This document shows positions 36,876-44,740 of a stretch of 64,000 bases of DNA, piece after piece. Positions within the stretch are counted from its first letter, which is position 1; each line of letters begins with the position of its first letter. The stretch lies in assembly GCA_964531275.1 (NCBI GenBank), contig CAZHDZ010000002.1, positions 58,180 to 122,179 on the forward strand. The letters run 5' to 3'. This stretch comes from an uncultured Gammaproteobacteria bacterium (lineage in GTDB: Bacteria > Patescibacteriota > Microgenomatia > Levybacterales > GWA1-39-11). The position numbers were made by a program, and so were the translations under genes. The notes beneath the pieces are model-generated. The model did not search any database and was not told the origin of the DNA. It saw nothing but the letters and a program-made list of their open reading frames with translations.

Positions 36876-36970
36876 ATATTTATTTTTTAGGGTTTAGATC
36901 TTAGAGTTTAGGGTTTAGTTTTATTAGAATTTAACTAAACGCTATACGCTATTTTACTATACGCTTTTCT

Positions 36971-38017
36971 CTAGAATTGTTTTAGGAAATCCAAGTCATT
37001 TGAATAAAGTATTCTTAAATCATCCAATTTGAGTCCTTCTTTCATCATAAGAACTCTTTCAACGCCCCACCCAAAAGCAAATCCAGTATATTTTTTAGGG
37101 TCGATATTGCCTGCCTTTAGTACATTTGGATGCACCATGCCGCTGCCTCCCATTTCGAGCCATCCGGCCTTACAAAGTTTGCAGCCTTTTCCAAGACAAA
37201 CACCGCAAGTAACATCAATTTCAAATGATGGTTCTGTGAACTGAAAGTGATAGGGGCGTATCCTAAAAGTTCTTTCTTCGCCAAAAAAGCTTTTGACAAA
37301 ATATTCTAATACTCCTTTGAGATGAGAAATATTTATTCCCTCTCCCACTACGAGTCCCTCGAATTGATGGAACATCTGAGTGTGGGATACATCGGACTGT
37401 CTCCTATAGCATTTTGCAATGTTAAGCATTTTTATAGGAAGTTTGCCCTTAAGCATCTCCCGTACTTGTCCTGATGACGTATGTGGGGTTAGAAGTACCG
37501 GTCCTAATTTTGGATCTGCTTCTTGTTCTACAAAGAATGTTTCCCAGTCGTCCCGTGCTGGATGATTTTCCGGAAAATTTAGAGCGCCGAATGCATACCA
37601 GTCAAATTCGACTTCTGGATAGCGCACGCGGGCAAATCCAATCTTTTCAAATATCGCTGTTATCTCTTCGATTGCTTGAGTTACTAGATGAAGAGATCCA
37701 ACAGGAGGCATTATTCCTGGCATAGTAATATCAAGCTCCTCTCCCCTACTCTTTGTAAGCGTTGCTTTTTTTGCTTCTTTTTTTAGGTCAGTTCTTTTGT
37801 CATTGATTTGTTCTTCTAAAGAATCTTTTATTTCATTGGCTAATTTACCTATCTCCGCTCTTTTTTCAATATCGACTTTTGGAAGATCTTTTAAAGCCAA
37901 TGTAAGTTTTCCCTTTTTACCTAAATAATCTACATAGATTCTTTCTATCTCATCTCCTTCTGCAGAAAGAATTTGAGACATGGCCTCATTTTTTATATGT
38001 AGTAGGTTTTCTTCCAT
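36971..38017 (-). CDS. pheS: Phenylalanine--tRNA ligase alpha subunit.
   Basis: Class II aaRS motifs (TPHTSSGQVR; CYRRQSDVSHTQMFHQFEGL; GGSGMVHPNVL), followed by pheT. Confidence 0.9.
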   Translation of the reverse strand: MEENLLHIKNEAMSQILSAEGDEIERIYVDYLGKKGKLTLALKDLPKVDIEKRAEIGKLANEIKDSLEEQINDKRTDLKKEAKKATLTKSRGEELDITMPGIMPPVGSLHLVTQAIEEITAIFEKIGFARVRYPEVEFDWYAFGALNFPENHPARDDWETFFVEQEADPKLGPVLLTPHTSSGQVREMLKGKLPIKMLNIAKCYRRQSDVSHTQMFHQFEGLVVGEGINISHLKGVLEYFVKSFFGEERTFRIRPYHFQFTEPSFEIDVTCGVCLGKGCKLCKAGWLEMGGSGMVHPNVLKAGNIDPKKYTGFAFGWGVERVLMMKEGLKLDDLRILYSNDLDFLKQF

Positions 38018-38018
38018 A

Positions 38019-38423
38019 TTATTTTAAGCAGGATTCTATCATTTCTCTTGTGTCATCTAGTGTTGAAAGTTTTTCCCATTCTGATCTTCGAAACCATTTG
38101 GCATCATTTGTCTCTTCATCGCAAGATATATCAATTGTACCAGATATAAGCTCGACCTTGAAGCCATAGAGAGTATATTGTTTGCCTCCATAAGGATGCA
38201 CTATTATAGAAGCCTCTTTCGATACCACTTCCACCGTGTATCCAGTTTCTTCCAAAAACTCTCTGACACAAGCATCAGGTGGGGTTTCGTCTTTGTTAAT
38301 TTCACCGCCAGGCAATTGCCATTTGAGATGAACGTTTGGAGATTCTGGTGAAAATCTTTGGGTTAACAGTATTTTGCCATGTGTATCTTGTAATACGCCG
38401 ATGGCTACTGGAATATTTTTCAT
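38019..38423 (-). CDS. NUDIX hydrolase.
   Basis: Nudix box LPGGEINKDETPPDACVREFLEETGY. 134 aa. Confidence 0.85.
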   Translation of the reverse strand: MKNIPVAIGVLQDTHGKILLTQRFSPESPNVHLKWQLPGGEINKDETPPDACVREFLEETGYTVEVVSKEASIIVHPYGGKQYTLYGFKVELISGTIDISCDEETNDAKWFRRSEWEKLSTLDDTREMIESCLK

Positions 38424-38433
38424 ATTTTTAATA

Positions 38434-38457
38434 CAAAAAAAGCCTCCTGGGGAGGCT
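38434..38457 (-). terminator. Intrinsic terminator after rplT (GCCUCC-CCAG-GAGGC + U7).
   Basis: Minus-strand reading AAAGCCTCCCCAGGAGGCTTTTTTTG. It lies between the rplT stop and the NUDIX gene start. Confidence 0.6.
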
Positions 38458-38482
38458 TTGGAAAAAGATGTTTGGCACTTTA

Positions 38483-38836
38483 TTACTTTGTACCAAATGC
38501 CTCTTTCACGATCATTCTAAAAGCTTCACGATTTTCACTAACAAGACCTGAAAGAATCTTTCTATCGATTTCTATATTTTTTAGCTTGAGTGCATTGATG
38601 AATCGGCTGTATGAATAACCCTCTTCTTTAACCGCTTCACCGATTCTTACAATCCAAAGTCTTCGAAAATCTCTCTTCTTTCTCTTTCGACCATGGTATG
38701 CGTACTGATCTGCATGCAAAACAGCCTCGGTTGCTGTTTTGATCAGTCTTGATCGTGTGCCTCGGTAACCCTTGGCTAGATCAAATATTTTATTGTGTTT
38801 TCTGTGGGTAACTACCCCTCTTTTTACTCTACTCAT
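38483..38836 (-). CDS. rplT: 50S ribosomal protein L20.
   Basis: MSRVKRGVVTHRKHNKIFDLAKGYRG...RLWIVRI is a canonical L20 sequence. Confidence 0.95.
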   Translation of the reverse strand: MSRVKRGVVTHRKHNKIFDLAKGYRGTRSRLIKTATEAVLHADQYAYHGRKRKKRDFRRLWIVRIGEAVKEEGYSYSRFINALKLKNIEIDRKILSGLVSENREAFRMIVKEAFGTK

Positions 38837-38910
38837 AGTTTATTCGTGAGCAAGCTTCGCTTACTCTACTCATATGTTTTTACCCCTGCTTTAGCTGGGG
38901 CAAGCTTCGC

Positions 38911-39108
38911 TTATGCTTCTCCTAATAAATGTCTAATTTTCTTAGCAAATGCTCCGTGTAGTTGCTTTACCTCTTTTTGTGCTCTTAATGTACTTTTTGA
39001 TTTATGAGATCTTAAATGGCTTCTCATTTGTGATCCACGAAGAACTTTTCCGGTTTTTGTAACCTTGAATCTTCTTTTAACAGATCTTTTTATTTTAAGT
39101 TTGTACAT
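38911..39108 (-). CDS. rpmI: 50S ribosomal protein L35.
   Basis: MYKLKIKRSVKRRFKVTKTGKVLRGSQMRSHL... is the L35 signature. Confidence 0.9.
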   Translation of the reverse strand: MYKLKIKRSVKRRFKVTKTGKVLRGSQMRSHLRSHKSKSTLRAQKEVKQLHGAFAKKIRHLLGEA

Positions 39109-39119
39109 ATACTTATTTA

Positions 39120-39653
39120 TTATTTACTTTTGGTGACAAACATTACCATTTGTCTTCCTTCCATTTTTATATCTCGTTCTACTTTTGCTAATTCACCTAA
39201 TTTTTCAAGTACCATGTCCAACTTTTGGCGTCCTATCTCTTGATGGCCCATTTGTCGTCCTGTGAACCTGACTGAGAATTTAACCTTGTTGCCTTCAGTT
39301 AAAAATTCAGTAGCTTTTTTTAGCTTAATGTCTAAATCGTGCTCTCCGATAAAAGGTCCGAATCTGATTTGCTTTGTTTCAGATCCTTTTACTCCTTTTT
39401 TCTCTTCCTGCTTCTTTTTCTTTAGCTGATAAAGAAATTTAGAGTAATCTATAAGTTTTGCGACAGGTGGCTTAGCCAAAGGCGCTACTTCTACAAGATC
39501 GACTCCTAGTTCTTCAGCCTTTGCCAAAGCTTCCCTGATTGACAGAATGCCAATCATTTCGCCTTGATCATCAAGAACTCTCACTTCGGAAGCCCGAATT
39601 TGGTAATTCTTTCTGTAAAAGACTTTTGGTTTGAATTTATTGTTTGGTCTCAA
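39120..39653 (-). CDS. infC: Translation initiation factor IF-3.
   Basis: RPNNKF...YQIRASEVRVLDDQGEMIGILSIREALAKAEELGVDLVEV. The start is non-ATG (TTG at 39653; IF3 genes typically use rare starts). It overlaps the thrS 3' end by 17 nt. Confidence 0.85.
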   Translation of the reverse strand: MRPNNKFKPKVFYRKNYQIRASEVRVLDDQGEMIGILSIREALAKAEELGVDLVEVAPLAKPPVAKLIDYSKFLYQLKKKKQEEKKGVKGSETKQIRFGPFIGEHDLDIKLKKATEFLTEGNKVKFSVRFTGRQMGHQEIGRQKLDMVLEKLGELAKVERDIKMEGRQMVMFVTKSK

Positions 39654-40884
39654 TTTCGTTTTGAATTTGTTTGATAAATTCTTTTATCTCGAGTTGTCCG
39701 AGATCCTTTCCTCCTCTAACTCTTACAGAAATAAATTTAGATCCGTCTTTCGACTTTTCTTCTTCCTGACCGCCTATTATACACATGTAGGGTACTTTTT
39801 GTAAAGTAGCCTCACGAATCTTGTTACCAAGTGTGTTATTTGCGTTGTCTAATTCAACTCTTATTCCCAACGATTTTAGCTCGTCATATACACTTTTTGC
39901 GTAGTCTCCGAATTTATCAGATACGGGCAAAATAGACACTTGCACTGGCGCAAGCCATACTGGAAAAGCTCCTGCGTAATGCTCTATTAAAAAAGCCATT
40001 ACACGCTCAATTGCGCCTATGGAGGATCTATGAATGACAACCGGTCTTTCTTCTTCTCCTTGCTCATTTATGTATGTTAAATTGAAGCGTTGTGGCATCA
40101 CAAAATCGTATTGAACAGTAAATGCAGTATCTTCTTTACCATTGGTATTTTTCATTTGGACGTCTATTTTCGGTCCATAAAAAGCAGCTTCATTCTCTGC
40201 CTCAACAAATTTTGCCTTACGATTTATCAGCACTTCTCTTAATGTGCTCTCTGCTTCATCCCATGAGGAGTCATCTTTAAAGTACTTCTTTTCGTCCTTT
40301 CTGTCCCCCAAAGAGAGTCTGTAATGGTAATTTTCGCCCATTTTTAGCCCAAAGGTATCAGCTATAAATTCAATGAGTGAAAGAACTGAGTCAATTTCGC
40401 TTTTTGCGTCAGCTTTGGCGGTTATTATGTGTGCATCAGCTAGGCAAAATGAGCGCACTCTTTGAAGACCCATTAATTCTCCTGACTGCTCAAAACGGTA
40501 AAGCTTTGCAAGCTCTGCATATCTGACTGGTAATTCTCTGTAGCTATGTGGTCTTGAAAGGTACAATTCGAAGTGATGCGGGCATGTCATGGGTCTGAGC
40601 ATGAACTGCTCATCTTCAATTTCAATTGGAGCGTACATCGAGTCTTTGTAGTAAGGGTAATGCCCTGATTTTTCATAGAGCTCTATTTTTGCTATGTCAG
40701 GAGTGTAGACATGCAAATAATCTCGTCTAATTTCTTCATCTACAATAAATCGCTCTAATTCTCGTCTGATAACTGAGCCCTTAGGTGTAAAAAGAGGAAG
40801 CCCCTTTCCTACTGTGTCTGAAAATGTAAATAATTCCAACTCTTTTCCGAGGCGTTTGTGGTCATTGGGTGCTAATTCATCCAT
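39637..40884 (-). CDS. thrS: Threonine--tRNA ligase, truncated form: catalytic core plus anticodon-binding domain only (415 aa).
   Basis: MLRPMTCPHHFELY and a class II core. The N-terminal TGS and editing domains (~220 aa in canonical ThrRS) are absent. Directly upstream is only a 73-aa membrane ORF. Confidence 0.85.
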   Translation of the reverse strand: MDELAPNDHKRLGKELELFTFSDTVGKGLPLFTPKGSVIRRELERFIVDEEIRRDYLHVYTPDIAKIELYEKSGHYPYYKDSMYAPIEIEDEQFMLRPMTCPHHFELYLSRPHSYRELPVRYAELAKLYRFEQSGELMGLQRVRSFCLADAHIITAKADAKSEIDSVLSLIEFIADTFGLKMGENYHYRLSLGDRKDEKKYFKDDSSWDEAESTLREVLINRKAKFVEAENEAAFYGPKIDVQMKNTNGKEDTAFTVQYDFVMPQRFNLTYINEQGEEERPVVIHRSSIGAIERVMAFLIEHYAGAFPVWLAPVQVSILPVSDKFGDYAKSVYDELKSLGIRVELDNANNTLGNKIREATLQKVPYMCIIGGQEEEKSKDGSKFISVRVRGGKDLGQLEIKEFIKQIQNEIETKQ

Positions 40885-40907
40885 TCAATTATTATACTTA
40901 AATGAAG

Positions 40908-41129
40908 CTAGAAAGGAAAGAAGGATCTATTTCTTGCCATATGCTTGGTTACTTGGACCATGAAATCGCCTACTACAGCCACAAAATCAACTTTTGAGAG
41001 GAAGAAAAATACAATAATTGCAATAATTGTGGTACCAATCCATACGCCAAATGACCACATGACACCTCCTAGGAGGTTATCAATAAGCATTCTTTTACGA
41101 GTTCTATACACTCCTTCGCTCTTTGCCAT
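40908..41129 (-). CDS. Small hypothetical membrane protein (73 aa).
   Basis: One or two predicted TM helices (LLGGVMWSFGVWIGTTIIAIIVFFFL). It fills the gap between the HD gene and thrS. Confidence 0.35.
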   Translation of the reverse strand: MAKSEGVYRTRKRMLIDNLLGGVMWSFGVWIGTTIIAIIVFFFLSKVDFVAVVGDFMVQVTKHMARNRSFFPF

Positions 41130-41137
41130 ATGAATTA

Positions 41138-41716
41138 TTATGTCTCAAAACCAAGATGAACTGCAATAGATTGCATTGCAATAAGTACTATTCCTATATA
41201 TTCTCGTTGGGTTAGGCCAAGTTTTGTCTCGCATGCTGCTATAACCGTACGGTCAACCTCTTTTGCAAATGACTTTTCCTGCATTTTTGTAATCACCATG
41301 TCAATTGCAACCATGCTCAGCTTCTTATCTTTTTGTGCAAGTCCACAAGCAACAATAAAACCGGTTAGCTCGTCGCAAGATAATAGGGCCCAGTCTAGGG
41401 CGGATTTTGGAGTAGCCCCTGTAACTTTGTAGTTGTGAGCCTTTATCGCGTACATCACCTCAGGAGGAATGGTTTTGCCCAATTTTTCCTCCAAATATAG
41501 AGTGTGTCGTAAAGGTTTATTGCGGGTTAATTCATAATCTGCGTCATGAAGGAGTCCAGCGATTGCCCAAAGCTCTTCATTTGCATAGGATTTCGTCCTT
41601 ACATTGTAGGCTCTACATATGGCTCTCATTGCAGCTTCAACGGCATAGTGATGACGTATGAGATTCTGTGTCTTGACATACACTTGAAGGGTTTGGATAG
41701 CTTCCTGACGAGTCAT
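41138..41716 (-). CDS. HD-domain phosphohydrolase (YqeK-like size and motifs).
   Basis: 192 aa with H..H...LLHDADYE..., the HD metal-binding signature. Confidence 0.6.
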   Translation of the reverse strand: MTRQEAIQTLQVYVKTQNLIRHHYAVEAAMRAICRAYNVRTKSYANEELWAIAGLLHDADYELTRNKPLRHTLYLEEKLGKTIPPEVMYAIKAHNYKVTGATPKSALDWALLSCDELTGFIVACGLAQKDKKLSMVAIDMVITKMQEKSFAKEVDRTVIAACETKLGLTQREYIGIVLIAMQSIAVHLGFET

Positions 41717-41762
41717 AAGATAAGTATATATTTATTGGTGGTTGGTGGCTAGTGAATGGTGA

Positions 41763-42125
41763 CTAGTGGTTTGTGATAAGTGGGTCGCCACTTGATACAT
41801 GAAAATGCAGATGTTTTGAATCCTGATATTTGCCTAAATTTGTTAAGATTCTAGCCTCTCCATATTCTTGTTCAACTTTTTTTGCAATCATTTCAACAAT
41901 TTTTAACAATTCCGTAATTATTTCATCATCTCCCTTATTCCTATTCGTAAATGATGGTATATGTTTTTTGGGAATTACTACAATATGAACTGGCCAAGTT
42001 GGGCGGGTATGATGAAAGGATAAAAAAGAATCGTCTTCATACTCAATCTTAAATGACTTGGTATCTTTGAGGGCAATATCACAATAAAAGTCGGCGCCGG
42101 TATATGGGGAATCTTGTGTGTTCAT
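41763..42125 (-). CDS. HIT-family (histidine triad) nucleotide hydrolase.
   Basis: HLHFHV histidine-triad motif near the C-terminus. 120 aa. Confidence 0.8.
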   Translation of the reverse strand: MNTQDSPYTGADFYCDIALKDTKSFKIEYEDDSFLSFHHTRPTWPVHIVVIPKKHIPSFTNRNKGDDEIITELLKIVEMIAKKVEQEYGEARILTNLGKYQDSKHLHFHVSSGDPLITNH

Positions 42126-42130
42126 AATCT

Positions 42131-42300
42131 ATTGTGGACCCAAGAGGACTCGTTCTGCAACGCAGTGCGAAGCACAATCTGACCTAAAGTATCACGCTCA
42201 ACATGTGATTATTGTGGACGATACAGAATTCGAATCTGTGACCTTTACAATGTCAATGTAACGCTCTACGATTTGCAAAGCAAATTGAGTGCTCCAGCTG
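42131..42300 (-). repeat. Two degenerate partial copies of the tRNA-Val 3' region directly downstream of the intact gene.
   Basis: 42212-42300 retains the D-stem 3' side, an identical anticodon arm (TTACATTGACATTGTAA), and a T-arm and acceptor 3' side (ACAGATTCGAATTCTGT, ATCGTCCA) with compensatory changes, but has no matching acceptor 5' strand. 42135-42152 is an exact 18-nt copy of the T-arm/acceptor 3' end (CGAGTCCTCTTGGGTCCA). All three copies are followed by CAAxA. Confidence 0.6.
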
Positions 42301-42309
42301 AGCTTTTTG

Positions 42310-42384
42310 TGGACCCAAGAGGACTCGAACCTCTGACCTTTACAATGTCAATGTAACGCTCTAACCAAACTGAGCTATGAGTCC
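42310..42384 (-). tRNA. tRNA-Val (anticodon GAC).
   Basis: Minus-strand GGACTCATAGCTCAGTTTGGTTAGAGCGTTACATTGACATTGTAAAGGTCAGAGGTTCGAGTCCTCTTGGGTCCA folds as a cloverleaf with anticodon loop TTGACAT. CCA is not encoded. Confidence 0.8.
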
Positions 42385-42492
42385 GTATATTCGACTCAGA
42401 AACTAAGTTTCGTGGGTCCATACGAGAATCTAATTTTAACAAATAATTGAGGCTAAGACAATCAAATGGATCATCTTACTTCTCTGAAACAA

Positions 42493-43569
42493 TTAGGCTA
42501 GTAAAAATTTCTCACAGAAAACTGCTGCTTCTACCATTTCGGAGATTTTGGCATATTCTCTTTTTGTGTGAGCATTGTAATCTCCGGTTCCGACAACAAT
42601 AGCTTCAATTCCATTAGTATGAAATATATTTACGTCAGTTCCTCCCCCACTGTCTGAGATATTTGGGGTAATACCCATTTCGACAAAAGAGCTTTTCGCT
42701 CTTTCAATAACAGTATGAGTTTCTGAAAAGCGATATGGGTCAAATTCTCTTACAATCTCCAGATCTACTTTGGCTTCTGGGTATTCCTTCATGACACTAT
42801 CAAATACATCCTGGAAATGTCTTGCATGAAGTGCTAGTTTCTCTCGATCTCTACTTCTAATTTCGGCCTTGAAATGTGCTGATTCCGGTACCGCATTTCT
42901 CGCGCTCCCCCCTTCAATAAGCCCAACATTTGCGGTTGTTTCATGGTCAATTCGCCCTAGCTGTAACTGGCTAATAATTTTGGATGCAATTTGAATTGCT
43001 GAAATGCCCTTTTCAGGTTCTGCACCTGCATGCGCGCTTCTACCTGTAATGGTTGCGTCCACTCTGTTGTATCCTGGAGCTGAGATTGTGACGTTCGTTA
43101 CTCTTTCTTCACCGTCAAATGTAAGGCCTTGTCTCGAAGTAACCATGGAATAGTCAAGATTCTTTGCTCCTAGAAGTCCAATTTCTTCAGATCGGGTAAA
43201 TACTACCTCAAGTGAGACTTCTTTTTTTTCTTCTTTTAGAGACTCGATGGCTTCAAGGATTGCAGCCACTCCTGCTTTTGGGTCTGCACCCAATACTGTT
43301 GTGCCGTCAGTATTAATAATATCTCCATTTATTACTGGTTTTATGTTATTGCCCGGCTCAACAGTGTCGATGTGAGCATTCAGCATGAAGGGTGCACCCT
43401 TTCCTTGAAACTTTGCCACAATATTGCCAAAGGAATCGGTGTCGGTTTTGCCTCCCAGGCTTTCTAGTTTTTCAATTAAAAATTTAGCCATTGCATCCTC
43501 ATTGCCTGAAGTGCTGTCTATTGAGACCATTTCCAAAAAATTCTTTATCAGTCTTTCTTTCGTTATCAT
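42493..43569 (-). CDS. M20-family metallopeptidase (ArgE/DapE/PepT-like).
   Basis: NAHIDTVEPG, SEEIGLLGAKN, and a dimerisation-domain insertion. 358 aa. Confidence 0.7.
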   Translation of the reverse strand: MITKERLIKNFLEMVSIDSTSGNEDAMAKFLIEKLESLGGKTDTDSFGNIVAKFQGKGAPFMLNAHIDTVEPGNNIKPVINGDIINTDGTTVLGADPKAGVAAILEAIESLKEEKKEVSLEVVFTRSEEIGLLGAKNLDYSMVTSRQGLTFDGEERVTNVTISAPGYNRVDATITGRSAHAGAEPEKGISAIQIASKIISQLQLGRIDHETTANVGLIEGGSARNAVPESAHFKAEIRSRDREKLALHARHFQDVFDSVMKEYPEAKVDLEIVREFDPYRFSETHTVIERAKSSFVEMGITPNISDSGGGTDVNIFHTNGIEAIVVGTGDYNAHTKREYAKISEMVEAAVFCEKFLLA

Positions 43570-43577
43570 AAAATGTA

Positions 43578-44588
43578 TTATAGCGAATTTTGAATTATTG
43601 TACTAAGCTCGCCTTCAAAATGTCCTCCTCCAATATCTTTTCGTATAAGGTTAGTTGCGTGGAGTATTTCCGTAAAAGCAGCGCCATGTGGCACGTGAGA
43701 GTGTGCAAGCATACCGTCGGTTAATAAAACGCCGTCTACTAACAGAGGTTCACTATTGTGCGGATAGTAGTGCGGTGTTCTTAAGTTTTTTGACATAAGA
43801 GTAATAGCATTGCTTTCGGCAAGTGTAATAAGCGCGCCATGCCCTCTAAGATTGTTCCTTTCTTGTTCCATAAGGTTTATAAAGGTGTCTTCGCTTTGAG
43901 GAAGAACAAAAAGCGGATTGTTTTTGGGTTTAAAAAGTCCTGCTTCCGTTTCTCCGTATGTAAGACCGTATGCATCATAGTGTGCAAGTAGATAGGACGC
44001 TGCTCCATTTCGCGGATCTCCTGATCTGGCATGCTTACTGGACATATTAAGAAGGGTATTCATGCCTTCTGGGCTTATGCCTTGAGAAGCTTTATCTCCT
44101 TCACTTAGAATACGAAGCGCAGCATCAATACTGTCGTACTCGATTTCAGGTTTTGGAACGGATGGATGAAATCGGTCAAGATATCCATGCGCTACTCTTC
44201 CCAAGAATTGTGCGTTAGTCATGCCCTCTTGCACAGCTACTTCAAGCTCCTCACGAGACCTAGGGTCAATATTTGCAGCTGTATTTATGTGAATTGGGGC
44301 CATGGTTACCCATGACTCAGGTGGTTGATATCCTTTTTCTCTTATACCCTCAATAAGTTGGGCTGTTTCTGCTATGCCAGCTAGCCATCTCATTGGTACC
44401 TGACCATTTACAGAGTGGAGAGTATATATTGTTCTTTCTCCAAGACTATTTGCTTTGAGTGCCTCCCGCCATTTCTGGGCACTATCCCAGTCATACGCCA
44501 TAGTTGGCATATTTGCGTCATTAGGTTTTTCACCCAAGTAGTACTGTTCTAGGTCTAATCTGTATGTTGATAAGTGTTCCATAACCAC
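43578..44588 (-). CDS. Hypothetical protein (336 aa), co-operonic with the M20 peptidase.
   Basis: The ORF starts with GTG at 44588 right after a U7 tract; an in-frame ATG follows 2 codons later. No recognisable motifs. Confidence 0.6.
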   Translation of the reverse strand: MVMEHLSTYRLDLEQYYLGEKPNDANMPTMAYDWDSAQKWREALKANSLGERTIYTLHSVNGQVPMRWLAGIAETAQLIEGIREKGYQPPESWVTMAPIHINTAANIDPRSREELEVAVQEGMTNAQFLGRVAHGYLDRFHPSVPKPEIEYDSIDAALRILSEGDKASQGISPEGMNTLLNMSSKHARSGDPRNGAASYLLAHYDAYGLTYGETEAGLFKPKNNPLFVLPQSEDTFINLMEQERNNLRGHGALITLAESNAITLMSKNLRTPHYYPHNSEPLLVDGVLLTDGMLAHSHVPHGAAFTEILHATNLIRKDIGGGHFEGELSTIIQNSL

Positions 44589-44740
44589 AAAAAAACCCCC
44601 GCTTAGGTCCCGAAATCTGGGACGCGGAGGTTAAAGTTGACCAGCTCAAATCAACCCCCGCTAGGCGAAGGTGTAAGTAAAGTAGAATTGAGCTGTTTTT
44701 AACATTAGATCCATTATACAAAAGCGGATTGATAAATCAA
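44589..44740 (-). promoter_or_regulatory. Promoter (TTGATT-16-TATAAT) plus a ~130-nt structured leader with a terminator/antiterminator-like arrangement directly 5' of the 336-aa gene.
   Basis: Minus strand: -35 at 44735-44740, -10 TATAAT at 44713-44718. The leader holds GCGGGGGUU (decoy), then CCUCCGC-[GUCCC AGAUUUC GGGAC]-CUAA-GCGGGGG-U7, then GUG. Decoy and 5' arm are complementary. Confidence 0.5.

Noticed and set aside
42212-42300. Middle tRNA-Val-like copy as a second functional tRNA gene.
   Set aside because: It has a good anticodon arm and T-arm, but no sequence able to form the 5' acceptor strand (needs GGACGAT; the upstream sequence is ACAAAAAGCTCAG). The implied D-loop would be over 30 nt. 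Best treated as a pseudo-tRNA fragment.
44530-44721. 63-aa minus-strand ORF between the MR/MLE and 336-aa genes.
   Set aside because: It lies across the leader hairpin/U-tract and promoter of the 336-aa gene, with no RBS and odd composition.
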